Below are positions 9,743-20,077 of a DNA stretch of 64,000 bases, in pieces. Under the pieces are notes generated by a model, which was not told where the DNA came from, did not search any database, and saw nothing but the letters and a program-made list of their open reading frames with translations. Where the stretch lies: NCBI GenBank assembly GCA_963826115.1, contig CAWGVS010000006.1, positions 960,001-1,024,000 of the forward strand, given 5' to 3'. Position 1 is the stretch's first letter. The number at the start of each line of letters is the position of its first letter. This DNA comes from an uncultured Candidatus Rokubacteria bacterium (GTDB lineage: Bacteria > Methylomirabilota > Methylomirabilia > Rokubacteriales > DASRDR01). The position numbers and the translations under genes were made by a program.

Positions 9743-10723
9743 ATGAAGATGCGCTGGGCTCTCGCAACCCTGACGGCCGCTGTGCTCGCCCTGACCGTGG
9801 CGGCCGGGCCGGACCCCGCGTCCGCCCAGCCGTTCCCGACGCGTCCGATCACGTTCGTCGTGGGGTTCGCCCCGGGCGGGGGCGCCGACGTCTTCGCGCG
9901 CGCGCTCGCGGACGCGGCCCGCAGCATCCTCCCGCAGGCGATCGCGGTGGAGAACCGGCCGGGCGCCGGCGGGACGGGCGCCGCGGCGTACGCGGCGGGC
10001 CGCCCTGCCGACGGCCACACCATCCTGTTCGCGCACGCCGGGTCGTCGATCATCACGCCGACGATCACCAACCAGCCGCAGCTCAAGTGGGACGCCTTCG
10101 AGCCGGTGGCTCGGATCCACGCGGAGGAGGAGTGGCTGTTCGGGCATCCCGACGCGCCGTGGCAGACCATCGAGCAGGTGGCCGCCCACGCCAAGGCGCA
10201 TCCCAAGCAGCTGCGGGTCGCCGGCTCCGCGATCGGCGGGATCGACAGCTTCGTGGTGCTCTCCTGGGAAAAGGCGGCCGGCATCGACGTCGAGTACATC
10301 CCGCACGAGGGCGGGGGGCCGGCCACGCTCGCCTTCCTCGGCAAGAACGCCGAGCTCCTCATCGGCAACATGTCCGAGGTCAGCCAGCACGTCGAGGCGA
10401 AGAAGATGGTGCCGCTCGCGGTGGCCAGCGAGAAGCGGAGCGGCATCTTCCCGAACGTCCCTACCCTCAAGGAGAAGGGCTGGGACGTGGTGATGGTGCA
10501 GTGGCGGAGCGTGCTCGCGCCCAAGGGGACGCCGGCGCCCCGCGTCGCGGCCCTCGCCGAGGCGTTCCAGAAGGCGATGGGCGCCGAGTCCTGGAAGGCC
10601 TTCAACCAGAACTCCAAGGCGATCGACGCCTTCCTCGGGCCCGCGGACTTCCGGAAGTTCCTCACCGCCGAGGAGGACCGGTTCATCAAGATCATCGACC
10701 AGCTGGGCTTGCGGAAGAAGTAG
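9743..10723 (+). CDS. tctC: Tripartite tricarboxylate transporter substrate-binding protein (Bug family)
   Basis: AAGGAGG RBS, signal peptide, FPTRPITFVVGFAPGGGAD, VENRPGAGG, PNVPTLKE. Confidence 0.95.
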   Translation: MKMRWALATLTAAVLALTVAAGPDPASAQPFPTRPITFVVGFAPGGGADVFARALADAARSILPQAIAVENRPGAGGTGAAAYAAGRPADGHTILFAHAGSSIITPTITNQPQLKWDAFEPVARIHAEEEWLFGHPDAPWQTIEQVAAHAKAHPKQLRVAGSAIGGIDSFVVLSWEKAAGIDVEYIPHEGGGPATLAFLGKNAELLIGNMSEVSQHVEAKKMVPLAVASEKRSGIFPNVPTLKEKGWDVVMVQWRSVLAPKGTPAPRVAALAEAFQKAMGAESWKAFNQNSKAIDAFLGPADFRKFLTAEEDRFIKIIDQLGLRKK

Positions 10724-10732
10724 AGCCGTCGC

Positions 10733-11581
10733 GTGGACGTCTCCCAGATCGGCTACGCCGCGTCGTCGGGCCCGGTGGAGCGCTACTTCCCGCTGGCGCG
10801 GCGGCAGTCGCTCGGCTGGCTCGAGTTCTCGTGCCAGAACCCCGTGAACTTTCCCCAGACGTTCGACCGGGCGCGGACCCGCCGCGTCCGGTCGCTCGTC
10901 GACCGCTCGGGCGTCCGGTGCGGGCTCCACTCGGCCTCCTTCGTCAACACCGCGGAGATCATGCCCACGGTTCGCAAGGCCGTCCTGGCCCATCTGCGGG
11001 AGTACGTCGACCTCACCGCCGCGCTCGGCTGCGAGTACCTCGTGGTCCACTGCGGCTTCCACTTCAGCGCGTATCTCAAGACGGTGCGGGCGGCCCTCTA
11101 CGAGACGATGGCGCGCGCGGTCGAGTACGGCGAGCGCCACCAAGTGCCGCTGGTCATCGAGAACATGAACCCGCTGCCGGGCGACTCGGAGTTCCAGTAT
11201 CTCGGCGTGACGGTCGAGGAGTTCCGAGCGCTCTTCGACCGGATCCGGTCGCCCTACCTCGGCCTCGCCCTCGACGTGGCCCACTGCGAGCTGGTTCCCG
11301 GCGGCACGGTCTCCTTCGTGCGCGCGTTCGGCGGGCGGATCCACTCCGCCCAGATCTCGGACAACCGCGGCCGCATCGACGAGCACCTCACGATCGGGGA
11401 GGGGACGATCGACTTCGGCCGGGTGCTCCGCGCGCTCCGCGGGATCGGCTTCACGGGGCCGCTCATCATCGAGCTCTTCGACGTGCCGAAGAAGCTCCGG
11501 AGTCACCGCCGGCTGCTGGCGCTCCTGGCGGGGCGCCCGCGGGCCGCGCGCCGCTCGCGTCGCCGTCCGGGACGGGCCTAG
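10733..11581 (+). CDS. Sugar-phosphate isomerase/epimerase (xylose-isomerase-like TIM barrel)
   Basis: VVHCG, IENM, LDVAH, SDNRGRIDEHLTIGEGTIDF, IIE motifs. Confidence 0.85.
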   Translation: MDVSQIGYAASSGPVERYFPLARRQSLGWLEFSCQNPVNFPQTFDRARTRRVRSLVDRSGVRCGLHSASFVNTAEIMPTVRKAVLAHLREYVDLTAALGCEYLVVHCGFHFSAYLKTVRAALYETMARAVEYGERHQVPLVIENMNPLPGDSEFQYLGVTVEEFRALFDRIRSPYLGLALDVAHCELVPGGTVSFVRAFGGRIHSAQISDNRGRIDEHLTIGEGTIDFGRVLRALRGIGFTGPLIIELFDVPKKLRSHRRLLALLAGRPRAARRSRRRPGRA

Positions 11582-12771
11582 CCGGCCCGGAGCGCCTCCG
11601 TCACCGGGAGGCGGGCGGCGCGCACCGCCGGCAGGAGCCCGCCGGCGAGGCCGATGGCGAGCGCCCACGCGAGGCCCCGGAAGAGCAAGCCCCACGTCAC
11701 GCGGAAGTCGAACGCCACCTGCGAGAAGGTGCTGAAGTTCAGGGTGGCGAGGGAGACGCCGTCGCAGTAGAGGTAGGCCATCGCCCCGCCGGCCGCGCCG
11801 CCGCCGAGCGCCAGGACGAGCGCCTCGATCATCACCGACACGACGACCGGCAGGCCCCCGAAGCCGATGGCCCGCAGCGTGGCGATCTCCACCTGGCGGC
11901 TCGCGATGGCCGAGTACATGCAGTTGAGCGCGCCGAAGGTCGCGCCGACCGCCATGAACCCGGCGACGGTGTACCCGAGCACGTTGATCAGGTTTGACAG
12001 GATCATCGCCTGCTTCGCGTAGTACTCCGGCTCCCGGAGCACGCTGATCGAGAAGCGCCGATCGGCGCTCACGCGGTCCCGGAACGCCTCGAGGCCCGCC
12101 GCGGAGCCGTCGGCGAGCCGCGCCGTGACCGACTGGTACCCCTGGCGCCGGAACGCCGACATGGTCACGTCCGCGTCGGCCCAGATCTCCGACTCGTGGA
12201 CGTCGCCGCCGGAGGCGAAGTGCCCGACCACGGTCCAGTCGCTGTCGCGGAAGCCGATCCGGGAGCCGACGCCGAGGCCCGCGAACTCCCGCGCGGCCTT
12301 CCGGCCAACCACGACTTCCCGCCGCCCGGGCGTGAAGGGGCGCCCCTCCACGATGGCAACCTCGTCGCGGACCGCGAAGGCCGACGGCCCGACGCCGCGG
12401 AACGGCACGTTGCTCGGCTCGACGTCGCCGTGACGGGGCAGGTCCACCATCACCACGAGCTCCGGCGACGCCAGCGGGCCCCCGTCGCCGTTGCGGGCGA
12501 TGCCCGGCACCGTGCCCAGGAGGGTGGCCACGTCCCGCGCCACGCCGCTCGAGAGCTCGGCGTCGGAGCCCGCGCGCAGCAGGATGACCCGGTCGGGGCG
12601 TCCGGTGCTCGCGAGCGTGTGGCGGAACCCCTCGGACATCGCGAGGACCGAGACCAGCACGCCGACCACGCCGGCGATTCCCACCACCACGACGAGCGAC
12701 GTCCCCGCCCGCTGCGGGAGGGTGCGCAGGTTCATCAGCGCGATCTCGACGACCTGGTGGAGCGCGCGCAC
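11578..12771 (-). CDS. ABC transporter permease, MacB/FtsX family
   Basis: VVVGIAGVVGV TM1, EIATLRAIGF, GGLLPAVRAARL; GTG at 12771. Confidence 0.9.
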   Translation of the reverse strand: MRALHQVVEIALMNLRTLPQRAGTSLVVVVGIAGVVGVLVSVLAMSEGFRHTLASTGRPDRVILLRAGSDAELSSGVARDVATLLGTVPGIARNGDGGPLASPELVVMVDLPRHGDVEPSNVPFRGVGPSAFAVRDEVAIVEGRPFTPGRREVVVGRKAAREFAGLGVGSRIGFRDSDWTVVGHFASGGDVHESEIWADADVTMSAFRRQGYQSVTARLADGSAAGLEAFRDRVSADRRFSISVLREPEYYAKQAMILSNLINVLGYTVAGFMAVGATFGALNCMYSAIASRQVEIATLRAIGFGGLPVVVSVMIEALVLALGGGAAGGAMAYLYCDGVSLATLNFSTFSQVAFDFRVTWGLLFRGLAWALAIGLAGGLLPAVRAARLPVTEALRAG

Positions 12772-12779
12772 CGGCGGTC

Positions 12780-13946
12780 TCAGCGGTGCCCGGCGAGGGC
12801 GTCGACGATCCGGAGCCGCCGGGCGCGCCAGGCCGGCGGCAGTCCGACCGCGAGCGCCAGGCCCACGATGATCGCGGCACCCACCAGCCAGGTCTCGGCC
12901 GTCACGTAGAGTGGCGGGAAGCGAGAGCCGATGGCGCGGTTGAGTCCCGGGAGGACGGTGGCGGCGACCAGCATGCCGAGGCCGCCCGAGAGGGCGAGGA
13001 GCACGAGCGCTTCCGCCAGCACGAGCCCGGTCACCTTGCCGTCGGAGAACCCGAGCGTCTTGAGAATCGCCAGCTCCGGTACGCGTTCGCGGACCGACTG
13101 GGCCATCGTGTTGCCGGTCATGAGCAGGATGGTGAAGAAGACCGCGGCGAGGATGCGGGACACGAGGGCGCCGAGGTCGCCGATCTGCTTCGCGAAGCCG
13201 ACAGCGAACTCCTTCTCGGGCTGGGTCTTCGTCTCGTCGGGGGAGTTCTGGAAGCGCGCGTCGATCGCGGCGGAGATCGCCCGGGCCTGGGTCGAGTCGT
13301 CGATGCGGACGATGTACCAGCCCGTGCGGCCCTTGCCCAGGAGCCGCGCCTCGTCGAAGTGCGCGGCGTTGATCAGGACGACGTCGGTGTTGGCGAGGGC
13401 GGCGGGATCGTCGGCGTCGAGCACGCCGACGAGGTCGAACTCCCAGTCGAGGCCGCCGTCGCTCCTCGGGTGGATCTCGGAGCTGATGGGCAGCTTCTGC
13501 CCCACCTTCCAGCCGTAGCGCTGGACCAGGCGCACCCCCGCCACGGCGCCGGTCCGCGTCCGGGCGAATGCCTCCCGCTGGTCGGCCGGGATCGTGAACT
13601 CCGGGTACATGTCGAGATACCGCGCCGGGTCCACCGCGAACACCGGGAAGGCGTTGCTCTCGTTCTGGTACTTGGCGCCGAACCACTCCGCGTGGGCCAC
13701 CCCGACCACGCCGGGGACCCGCTCGATCTGGCGCAGGTGCGAGATCGGGAGGAGCTCGATGATGGAGTAGCGCGCGGTGGTGAGGAGCCGCTTCGCGTCG
13801 GCGCTGTCGGCGCCCGACTGGAACGCCATGGTGACGGCCTGGAGGAGTCCGAACAGCACGAAGGCCACGAAGACCGAGAGGAGGGTGAGCACGGTGCGGG
13901 TCTTCCGACGGAGCAGCGCGGCCCAGAGGAGAGGAAGGTAGCGCAC
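12780..13946 (-). CDS. ABC transporter permease, MacB/FtsX family
   Basis: RRKTRTVLT, SVRERVPELAILKTLGFS, IVDAL. Confidence 0.92.
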   Translation of the reverse strand: MRYLPLLWAALLRRKTRTVLTLLSVFVAFVLFGLLQAVTMAFQSGADSADAKRLLTTARYSIIELLPISHLRQIERVPGVVGVAHAEWFGAKYQNESNAFPVFAVDPARYLDMYPEFTIPADQREAFARTRTGAVAGVRLVQRYGWKVGQKLPISSEIHPRSDGGLDWEFDLVGVLDADDPAALANTDVVLINAAHFDEARLLGKGRTGWYIVRIDDSTQARAISAAIDARFQNSPDETKTQPEKEFAVGFAKQIGDLGALVSRILAAVFFTILLMTGNTMAQSVRERVPELAILKTLGFSDGKVTGLVLAEALVLLALSGGLGMLVAATVLPGLNRAIGSRFPPLYVTAETWLVGAAIIVGLALAVGLPPAWRARRLRIVDALAGHR

Positions 13947-13949
13947 GGG

Positions 13950-14630
13950 TCAGGCCGAGCTCCCGTTGAGCGTGCCCTTGTCGAGCAGGACCCGGCGCCG
14001 CGCGTACTCGGCCGCCTTCGGGTCGTGGGTCACCATCACCACGGTCTTCCCGTGCTCCTGATTCAGCATCTGGAGGAGCGCGAGGATCTCCGCGGCGGTG
14101 GCCCGGTCGAGGTCGCCGGTCGGCTCGTCGCAGATGAGGAGCGTCGGATCCGACACGATCGCCCGGGCGATGGCGACGCGCTGCTCCTGGCCGCCGGACA
14201 GCTCCCTCGGCTTGTGCCGCGCCCGGTCCGCGAGGCCCACCAGCGTCAGCGCGATGAGCGCGCGCCGGCGCCGCTCCGCCGCCGGAAGGCTGGTCAGGAG
14301 GAGCGGGAGCTCCACGTTCCGCTGGGCCGAGAGCACCGGCATCAGGTTGTAGAACTGGAAGACGAAGCCGACGTTCGCCGCCCGCCAGCGGGTCAGCTCG
14401 CCGCTCGAGAGTGAGTCGATGCGCCGGCCGCCCACGACGATCTGGCCCGCGGTGGGGGTATCCAGCCCGCCGATGAGGTTCAGGAGCGTCGTCTTGCCGG
14501 AGCCCGACGGTCCCATCAGCGCGAGGAAGTCGCCCTCGGGGATGTCGAGGTCGATCCCGTGGAGGACCTCGATGCGCTCGTTCCCGCGCCGGTAGGCCTT
14601 GGTGACGCCGCGGATCTCGACCAGGCTCAT
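13950..14630 (-). CDS. ABC transporter ATP-binding protein (LolD/MacB type)
   Basis: GPSGSGKTT, LSGGQEQRV, ICDEPTGDLD, VTHD. Confidence 0.95.
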   Translation of the reverse strand: MSLVEIRGVTKAYRRGNERIEVLHGIDLDIPEGDFLALMGPSGSGKTTLLNLIGGLDTPTAGQIVVGGRRIDSLSSGELTRWRAANVGFVFQFYNLMPVLSAQRNVELPLLLTSLPAAERRRRALIALTLVGLADRARHKPRELSGGQEQRVAIARAIVSDPTLLICDEPTGDLDRATAAEILALLQMLNQEHGKTVVMVTHDPKAAEYARRRVLLDKGTLNGSSA

Positions 14631-14671
14631 CGCGACGGCGGGGCTCGCGTCGGGTCCGGCGGGCCGGCGGT

Positions 14672-16159
14672 CTAGCCGCCCTCGCCGAGCTTCACCGCGG
14701 CGCCGTCCCGGAGGGAATCCGGCGGGGACAGCACGACCCGCTCGCCGGCCCGGAGCCCGGTCAGCACCTCGCGCTCGCGGCTCTGCGCCTGGCCGACCGT
14801 GACCCGGCGCCGCTCCACCTTGCCGTCCTTGTACACGAACACGACCGCCTGGCTGCGGTCCGCCTGGCCCGTGTCCGGGCGCACCGCGTCGGCGGGCACC
14901 AGGACGCCCGCGCGCGCGGGCGCAGCCCCGCCCGGGGCCGGGGACGCAGGGTCGAGGAAGGCCACGCGCACGCCCATGTCCGGCACCACGCGCGGGTCCT
15001 TCTTCTTGAGCGCGATGCGGACCTTGACCGTCGCCTTGCTGCGGTCGGCCGTCGGGATGATCGCGATCACCTCGGCCGGGATCTTCGAGTCCGGGTACGC
15101 GTTCAGCGTGGCCTCGACCGGCTGGCCGGGCTGGACTCGGTTGATGAACGCCTCGTTGACGTCCACCTGGATCTCGAGCGAGTCCATGTCCACGATGGTG
15201 CCGATACCGGTGCGGGTATAGCCGCCGCCCGCGGAGATGGGCGAGATCATCTCACCGGGCTGGGCGGCCTTGGCGACGACCATCCCGCCGAACGGCGCCC
15301 GGATCACCGTGTTCGCGAGCTGCACCTCGGCGACCGCTACGGCCTGCTGGGCGACGCGGATCTGCTCGCCGGCGGCGATCTCGCGGGCGCGGAGCGCGTC
15401 CCGCTGGGCGCGGGCGGCGTCGAGGGGCTGCTCGTTGGTCACCTCGGCGACCGACACGGCTTCCTGGGCGACCCGCACCTGCTCGCCGATCGCGGCGAGC
15501 CGCGCCTTCAGCGCGTCCCGCTGGGCGCGGGCGGCGTCGAGGGCCTGGGCCGCGATCAGCTGGCGGGCGAAGAGATCCTGCTGGCGCTCGTGGTCCCGCT
15601 CGGCCTGGACGAGCTGGGCGCGGACCTCCGCCTCCTGGGACTGCGCCGCGGCCAGCTGGGCCCGGGCGGTCGCCAGCGGGGACTGGCGCTTGAAGAGCTC
15701 CCGCTGACGCTCGTGATCGCGCTCGGCCTGCTCGAGCTGCGCGCGGATCTCGGCGACCTGGGAGCGCGCGGCGGCCAGCTGGGCCCGAGCCAGGGCGAGC
15801 TGCGCCTGGACCTCGGTGTCGTCGAGCCGGGCGAGCACTGCGCCCTCCTCGACGCGCATGCCCTCCTCGATCAGCACCGCGGTCACCTTCCCGGTGATCT
15901 TGGCGGACACGGTGGCCTGGCGACGCGCGGTGACATAGCCGCTCGCGTCCAGGACCGAGGCGCCGTCCGCCGGCGAGACCGGGCGCGCGGCGGCAGTGCG
16001 GACCGTGGGGGGCGCGGCCCGCGCCACGACCAGCCAGAGCCCGACGGCGGCGAGCGCGACCAGCCCCGCAGCGCCCAGGAGGAGCGGCCCACGGCGGGCG
16101 CGCGGGCCCCGCGCCTCGCGATCGATGCGCAGCTCTTTCAGAAGGTCGGAGGTGTCCAT
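14672..16159 (-). CDS. Periplasmic adaptor / membrane fusion protein with internally duplicated alpha-hairpin
   Basis: LDASGYVTARRQATVSAKITG, lipoyl halves, IRAPFGG, PTADRSKATVKVR. Confidence 0.92.
   Translation of the reverse strand: MDTSDLLKELRIDREARGPRARRGPLLLGAAGLVALAAVGLWLVVARAAPPTVRTAAARPVSPADGASVLDASGYVTARRQATVSAKITGKVTAVLIEEGMRVEEGAVLARLDDTEVQAQLALARAQLAAARSQVAEIRAQLEQAERDHERQRELFKRQSPLATARAQLAAAQSQEAEVRAQLVQAERDHERQQDLFARQLIAAQALDAARAQRDALKARLAAIGEQVRVAQEAVSVAEVTNEQPLDAARAQRDALRAREIAAGEQIRVAQQAVAVAEVQLANTVIRAPFGGMVVAKAAQPGEMISPISAGGGYTRTGIGTIVDMDSLEIQVDVNEAFINRVQPGQPVEATLNAYPDSKIPAEVIAIIPTADRSKATVKVRIALKKKDPRVVPDMGVRVAFLDPASPAPGGAAPARAGVLVPADAVRPDTGQADRSQAVVFVYKDGKVERRRVTVGQAQSREREVLTGLRAGERVVLSPPDSLRDGAAVKLGEGG
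15308..15799 (-). repeat. Two intragenic tandem duplications (123-nt and 117-nt periods) in the adaptor hairpin
   Basis: LALARAQLAAARSQ../LATARAQLAAAQSQ.. 41 aa apart; LDAARAQRDALK../LDAARAQRDALR.. 39 aa apart. Confidence 0.9.
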
Positions 16160-16293
16160 GGAACCGGGAGCGTGGCGGCGCCGGCGGCCGACCTCCCCCA
16201 GTGTGCCACAGGCCCGCGCACGGCCGGCCGGCCTCCGGCCTCGCGGTCCGGCGGCGCGGCCGGCTTGGCGCGGCGAGTCGCGAGGTGCGGGCG

Positions 16294-17157
16294 CTACTCG
16301 GGGAGGCCCTGGAGCGCGTACATCAGGACGAGGGCCGGGGTCGGCTTGCCGAGCGCGCCGAACCACTTCGAGTAGATCGCGCCGATCGCGCCCGACCGGT
16401 AGATGCGAGCCAGCGCGCGGTTGGCGACCAGCCGGAACGCCGAGTCGTCGCGGCGCACCATGAAGCCGTACGGCTCGTAGGACAGGTCGTCGGAGACGAG
16501 CGCGTAGCGCGCGGTCCCCCGGGCCTGGAGCACCAGGCCGATGAGGATGGTGCGGTCCGAGGCGTACGCCTCGATCTTCGACGTCTGCAGCGCCGCGAGG
16601 CCCTCGTCGTGGTCCTTCACCGGCACGATCGTCGCGGAGATCGACGTCCCCCGCAGGAAGTCCGCGACCGCGCGCTCGGTCGTCGTGCCCGGCACGACGC
16701 CCACCCGCTTGCCCGCAAGGTCTCCGACCGTCTTGAGCCCCGACCCCTCGGCGATCAGGAGGCTCGCGCCGTCGACGAACGTCATCAGGGTGAAGTCGAC
16801 CTTCTCCTGGCGCGACAGCGACGCCGTGGTCGAGCCGCACTCCATGTCCACCGTGCCGTTGGCCACCGACTCGATGCGGTTCTCGGGCGTCACCGGGACC
16901 CACTTGACCTGCATGGTGGCGAGCTTCAGCTCCTGCTGGACGGCGATGGCGATCTCCTGGCAGAGGTCGATCGAGTAGCCGGTGGGCTTCCCGTCCGAGC
17001 CCGTGTAGGAAAAGGGCAGGGCGTTCTCCCGGAAGCCCATGGTCAGGGTGCCGCTGTCGCTCACCTTCTTCAGCGTGCCCGTGAGCGTCTGTGCATGACC
17101 GGCCGTGGCCCCGAGGGCCGTCAGGATCGCCAGCATCATCATCGCGCGTCGCCGCAT
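16294..17157 (-). CDS. Amino-acid ABC substrate-binding protein (GltI-like), orphan
   Basis: PFSY, GYSIDLC, DMECGSTT, VDF, SYEPYG motifs; signal peptide. Confidence 0.9.
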   Translation of the reverse strand: MRRRAMMMLAILTALGATAGHAQTLTGTLKKVSDSGTLTMGFRENALPFSYTGSDGKPTGYSIDLCQEIAIAVQQELKLATMQVKWVPVTPENRIESVANGTVDMECGSTTASLSRQEKVDFTLMTFVDGASLLIAEGSGLKTVGDLAGKRVGVVPGTTTERAVADFLRGTSISATIVPVKDHDEGLAALQTSKIEAYASDRTILIGLVLQARGTARYALVSDDLSYEPYGFMVRRDDSAFRLVANRALARIYRSGAIGAIYSKWFGALGKPTPALVLMYALQGLPE

Positions 17158-17267
17158 TGGAGCCTCCCCGGTCGGAACCATCGTCGTTGGCCGTCTCGTC
17201 GCAGCTATGGTGGCGGTAGTCTATCGACCGGCGCGGACACCGTCAAACGGCGCCGCCGCCTGGCGTC

Positions 17268-17630
17268 TCACTCCATGATGCGGACCCCGCTCACGAAGTA
17301 GCTGGTCTCGCCGAAGCAATTCGTCGGCAGCCCGCGATGCTCGCGGTAGTGCAGGACGACGCGCTTCCCCAGCGCCGCGTTCAGTTGGGGCGCAAGGCCC
17401 GCGTCGCGGACGCTGAAGTACCAGACGACCGGCGTCACGCCGGGGACGATGGAGATGGCCAGCTCGCCCTCGTAGGTCTTGCAGACCCAACCCTTGCTCG
17501 AGAACTTCTGGAGGATGCCCGCCCGCTCGCCCTCGGAGTAGGCCCAGTTGAGGACGACCCAGACGTAGAGCCCGCCGACGAGCAGCGCGGCGAGCAGGAC
17601 CACGGCCAGGACCCGGCCCACGCGGCTCAT
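17268..17630 (-). CDS. Conserved hypothetical membrane-anchored protein
   Basis: N-terminal TM, YSEGERAGILQKFSSKGWVCKTYEGEL, GETSYFV. Confidence 0.75.
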   Translation of the reverse strand: MSRVGRVLAVVLLAALLVGGLYVWVVLNWAYSEGERAGILQKFSSKGWVCKTYEGELAISIVPGVTPVVWYFSVRDAGLAPQLNAALGKRVVLHYREHRGLPTNCFGETSYFVSGVRIME

Positions 17631-17714
17631 GAGTGTCGCGCCTCCACGTCCCTACCGTACACCAGAAGCGCCGGCCGGCGCGCCACGCGGTCCCCGGCGG
17701 GCTCGCGGCCTGCT

Positions 17715-18587
17715 ATGATGCGGGACGTGTCCCTTCCGAGCGTCCGCGCCGCCGGTCTCCACGCGCTGGCCGGAGCCGGACTCTGGGTCGCCACCGGGTG
17801 CGGCGTCATCATCGACGAGCCGCAGATCGACACGCGCAACGAGCAGCGCCCCGGCACCTGGGTCAGCCGCCTCGAGACCGAGATCGCGAACTTGCGCGGC
17901 GCGTACGACGACATGATCGTGAAAGCGACGCCGGCCCAACGCCGCCGGCTTCCCAGCATCGGCTCGGAGCTCTCGCGACTGGCCGACGCCGCGGCGTCGA
18001 TGAAGGACGACCTCGACTGGAAGCGCGGCCACTTCGGCGAGCACCTCGCCAAGGCGGAGTCCCTCGCGACCTCGATCGACCAGCAGCTCACGGGGGCGCC
18101 CGTGACGTCGGCCGTCCGGTCCCGCTGGTGGGACACCGCCTACGCCCTCGGGTACGTCCGGGAGTTCTACCGCGCGGTGGGCCCCGAGCGCCTCTACCAG
18201 GTCCAGGACGATCCCCGCGGCGTCGTGAAGCTCCGGACCGGCGCCCCGTCCGGGGACGGCTACGACGCGTCGTTCGAGGTCGGCCAGGTCAAGCGGAGCT
18301 ACGACCAGATGATGAAGGCCTGGCGGGACGCGCCCGTGCGCCGCACGGGGCCACCGTGGGCCGGGCAGCTCGACAAGGAGCTCCTGGGGCTGGCCGATCC
18401 CGTGAGCGCGCTGGCGCGGGTCAACGCCGGCGAGCGGACGGCGGTGACGCCCGCCGCCGAGCGCGTGCGCCAGCAGGTCGAGCGGGTCCGCCCGCTCGTC
18501 GAGGCGCGCGAGGCGGAGCTTCCGCGTCCCTTTCTCGAGGCCTGGGAGCAGATGTCCGGCGGGGTCCGGTCCTTCGGCAAGCCCTGA
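17715..18587 (+). CDS. Hypothetical alpha-helical (lipo)protein; start uncertain
   Basis: Lipobox-like ATGC after a hydrophobic stretch; host-like codon usage. Confidence 0.6.
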   Translation: MMRDVSLPSVRAAGLHALAGAGLWVATGCGVIIDEPQIDTRNEQRPGTWVSRLETEIANLRGAYDDMIVKATPAQRRRLPSIGSELSRLADAAASMKDDLDWKRGHFGEHLAKAESLATSIDQQLTGAPVTSAVRSRWWDTAYALGYVREFYRAVGPERLYQVQDDPRGVVKLRTGAPSGDGYDASFEVGQVKRSYDQMMKAWRDAPVRRTGPPWAGQLDKELLGLADPVSALARVNAGERTAVTPAAERVRQQVERVRPLVEAREAELPRPFLEAWEQMSGGVRSFGKP

Positions 18588-18658
18588 GCGCCGCCGCGCG
18601 GCGGCTCGATCGTCGCATCGCATGGCATCGTCGGCACCTGACACAGGAGGACGCGTGC

Positions 18659-19417
18659 ATGAGCTCGAATGACAAGGTCGCGATCGTCACCGGCGCGGGC
18701 AGCGGCATCGGCATGGCCGTCGCGGTGACACTGCTGAAGCACGGCTACTCCGTCGCGCTGGCCGGACGGCGCGCGGACGCCCTCGCGCAGGCGGTGCAGG
18801 AGGCCGGCGCCGCGGGCTCGCGGGCGCTCACCGTGGCCACCGACGTCGGCAACCCGACCTCGGTGCGCGCGCTGTTCGAGCGCACCAAGGAGCGCTTTGG
18901 CCGTCTGGACCTCCTGTTCAACAATGCCGGCACCGGGGCGCCGGGGATCCCGATGGAGGACCTCACGTTCGAGCAGTGGCAGAACGTCGTCAACGTCAAC
19001 CTGACGGGCGTCTTCCTGTGCACGCAGGAGGCGATCCGGATCATGAAGGCGCAGACGCCGCGAGGCGGCCGGATCATCAACAACGGGTCGATCTCGGCCC
19101 ACACGCCGCGGCCCAACTCTGCGCCGTACACGTCGACGAAGCACGCGGTCACCGGCCTCACCAAGTCGACGGCGCTCGACTGCCGGAAGTACGACATCGC
19201 CTGCGGGCAGATCGACATCGGGAACGCGCTGACCCCCATGGCCGCGCGCATGGCGAAGGGCGTGCCGCAGGCGAACGGGGAGATCGCCGTGGAGCCGCTG
19301 ATGGACGTCCAGCGGGTGGCCGACACCGTCCTTCACATGGCCAGCCTGCCGCTCGACGCCAACGTGCTGTTCGTGACGATCATGGCGACCAAGATGCCGT
19401 TCGTCGGCCGTGGGTGA
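18659..19417 (+). CDS. Short-chain dehydrogenase/reductase
   Basis: [24 protein letters not shown]; AGGAGG RBS. Confidence 0.93.
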   Translation: MSSNDKVAIVTGAGSGIGMAVAVTLLKHGYSVALAGRRADALAQAVQEAGAAGSRALTVATDVGNPTSVRALFERTKERFGRLDLLFNNAGTGAPGIPMEDLTFEQWQNVVNVNLTGVFLCTQEAIRIMKAQTPRGGRIINNGSISAHTPRPNSAPYTSTKHAVTGLTKSTALDCRKYDIACGQIDIGNALTPMAARMAKGVPQANGEIAVEPLMDVQRVADTVLHMASLPLDANVLFVTIMATKMPFVGRG

Positions 19418-19426
19418 GGCGCCCGG

Positions 19427-19897
19427 CTACTTCTTGCTGGGGTCGTCCGCGGGGTTGACGTACGTGAACGCGAGCGGCCCCATCGCCGACACCTCGATCA
19501 CCGTCGGCTGCTTGGTCAGCACGAAGTGGTTCGTCCCGGCGGGCGCCACCACCAGGCTCCCGGCCGGGAACGGCTTCGCGCTCGCCGCCGCGAGCTTGTC
19601 ACCCATGCCCACGAGGAGCGTCCCGCTCAGCACCGTGACCACCTCGTCCGTCGGATGCGAGTGCGCCTGGATCCGGTAGTTGGCGGGGAGCTTCACCCGG
19701 ATGACGAAGAGTCCGTCCTTGCTCGGGTCGCCGTAGAGCACCGCGGCCTTGGCGCCTCTCGGCACCATGGGCGGCGCGTCGCCCCACTTGATGGTGGACG
19801 GGGTGTACATGCCGTGCGGCGCGTCGTCCGCGCGGGCGAGGAGCGCGGCGTTCGCGAGGAGCACGATGGCCAGCACCACGGCGAGTCGGGTCCGCAT
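19427..19897 (-). CDS. Exported cupin-domain protein (DUF4437-like)
   Basis: Signal peptide, GDPSKDG, HSHPTDEVVTVLSG, H in PAGTNHF. Confidence 0.85.
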   Translation of the reverse strand: MRTRLAVVLAIVLLANAALLARADDAPHGMYTPSTIKWGDAPPMVPRGAKAAVLYGDPSKDGLFVIRVKLPANYRIQAHSHPTDEVVTVLSGTLLVGMGDKLAAASAKPFPAGSLVVAPAGTNHFVLTKQPTVIEVSAMGPLAFTYVNPADDPSKK

Positions 19898-20077
19898 GTC
19901 GAGCCTCCTGTGTCGCTCTGCTTTTGGGGGCCGTTCGGCCGTCGACGCGACCCCCGTGAGCGTGTTGAGAGAGTCTCACAGCGATCGCCGCGGCGTCGAT
20001 CCGCGGAATGCTCCGCGGCGTCGGGGCGGGACCGGACAGCCGAGCCCCCGGCGCGGGGGCGCGCGGCGCGACGGAGT

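Noticed and set aside
9653-12880. 1075-aa minus-strand ORF and similar long Arg/Pro/Gly-rich ORFs (27481-30087, 31693-34227, 10087-11997)
   Set aside because: Off-frame or antisense shadows of well-supported genes
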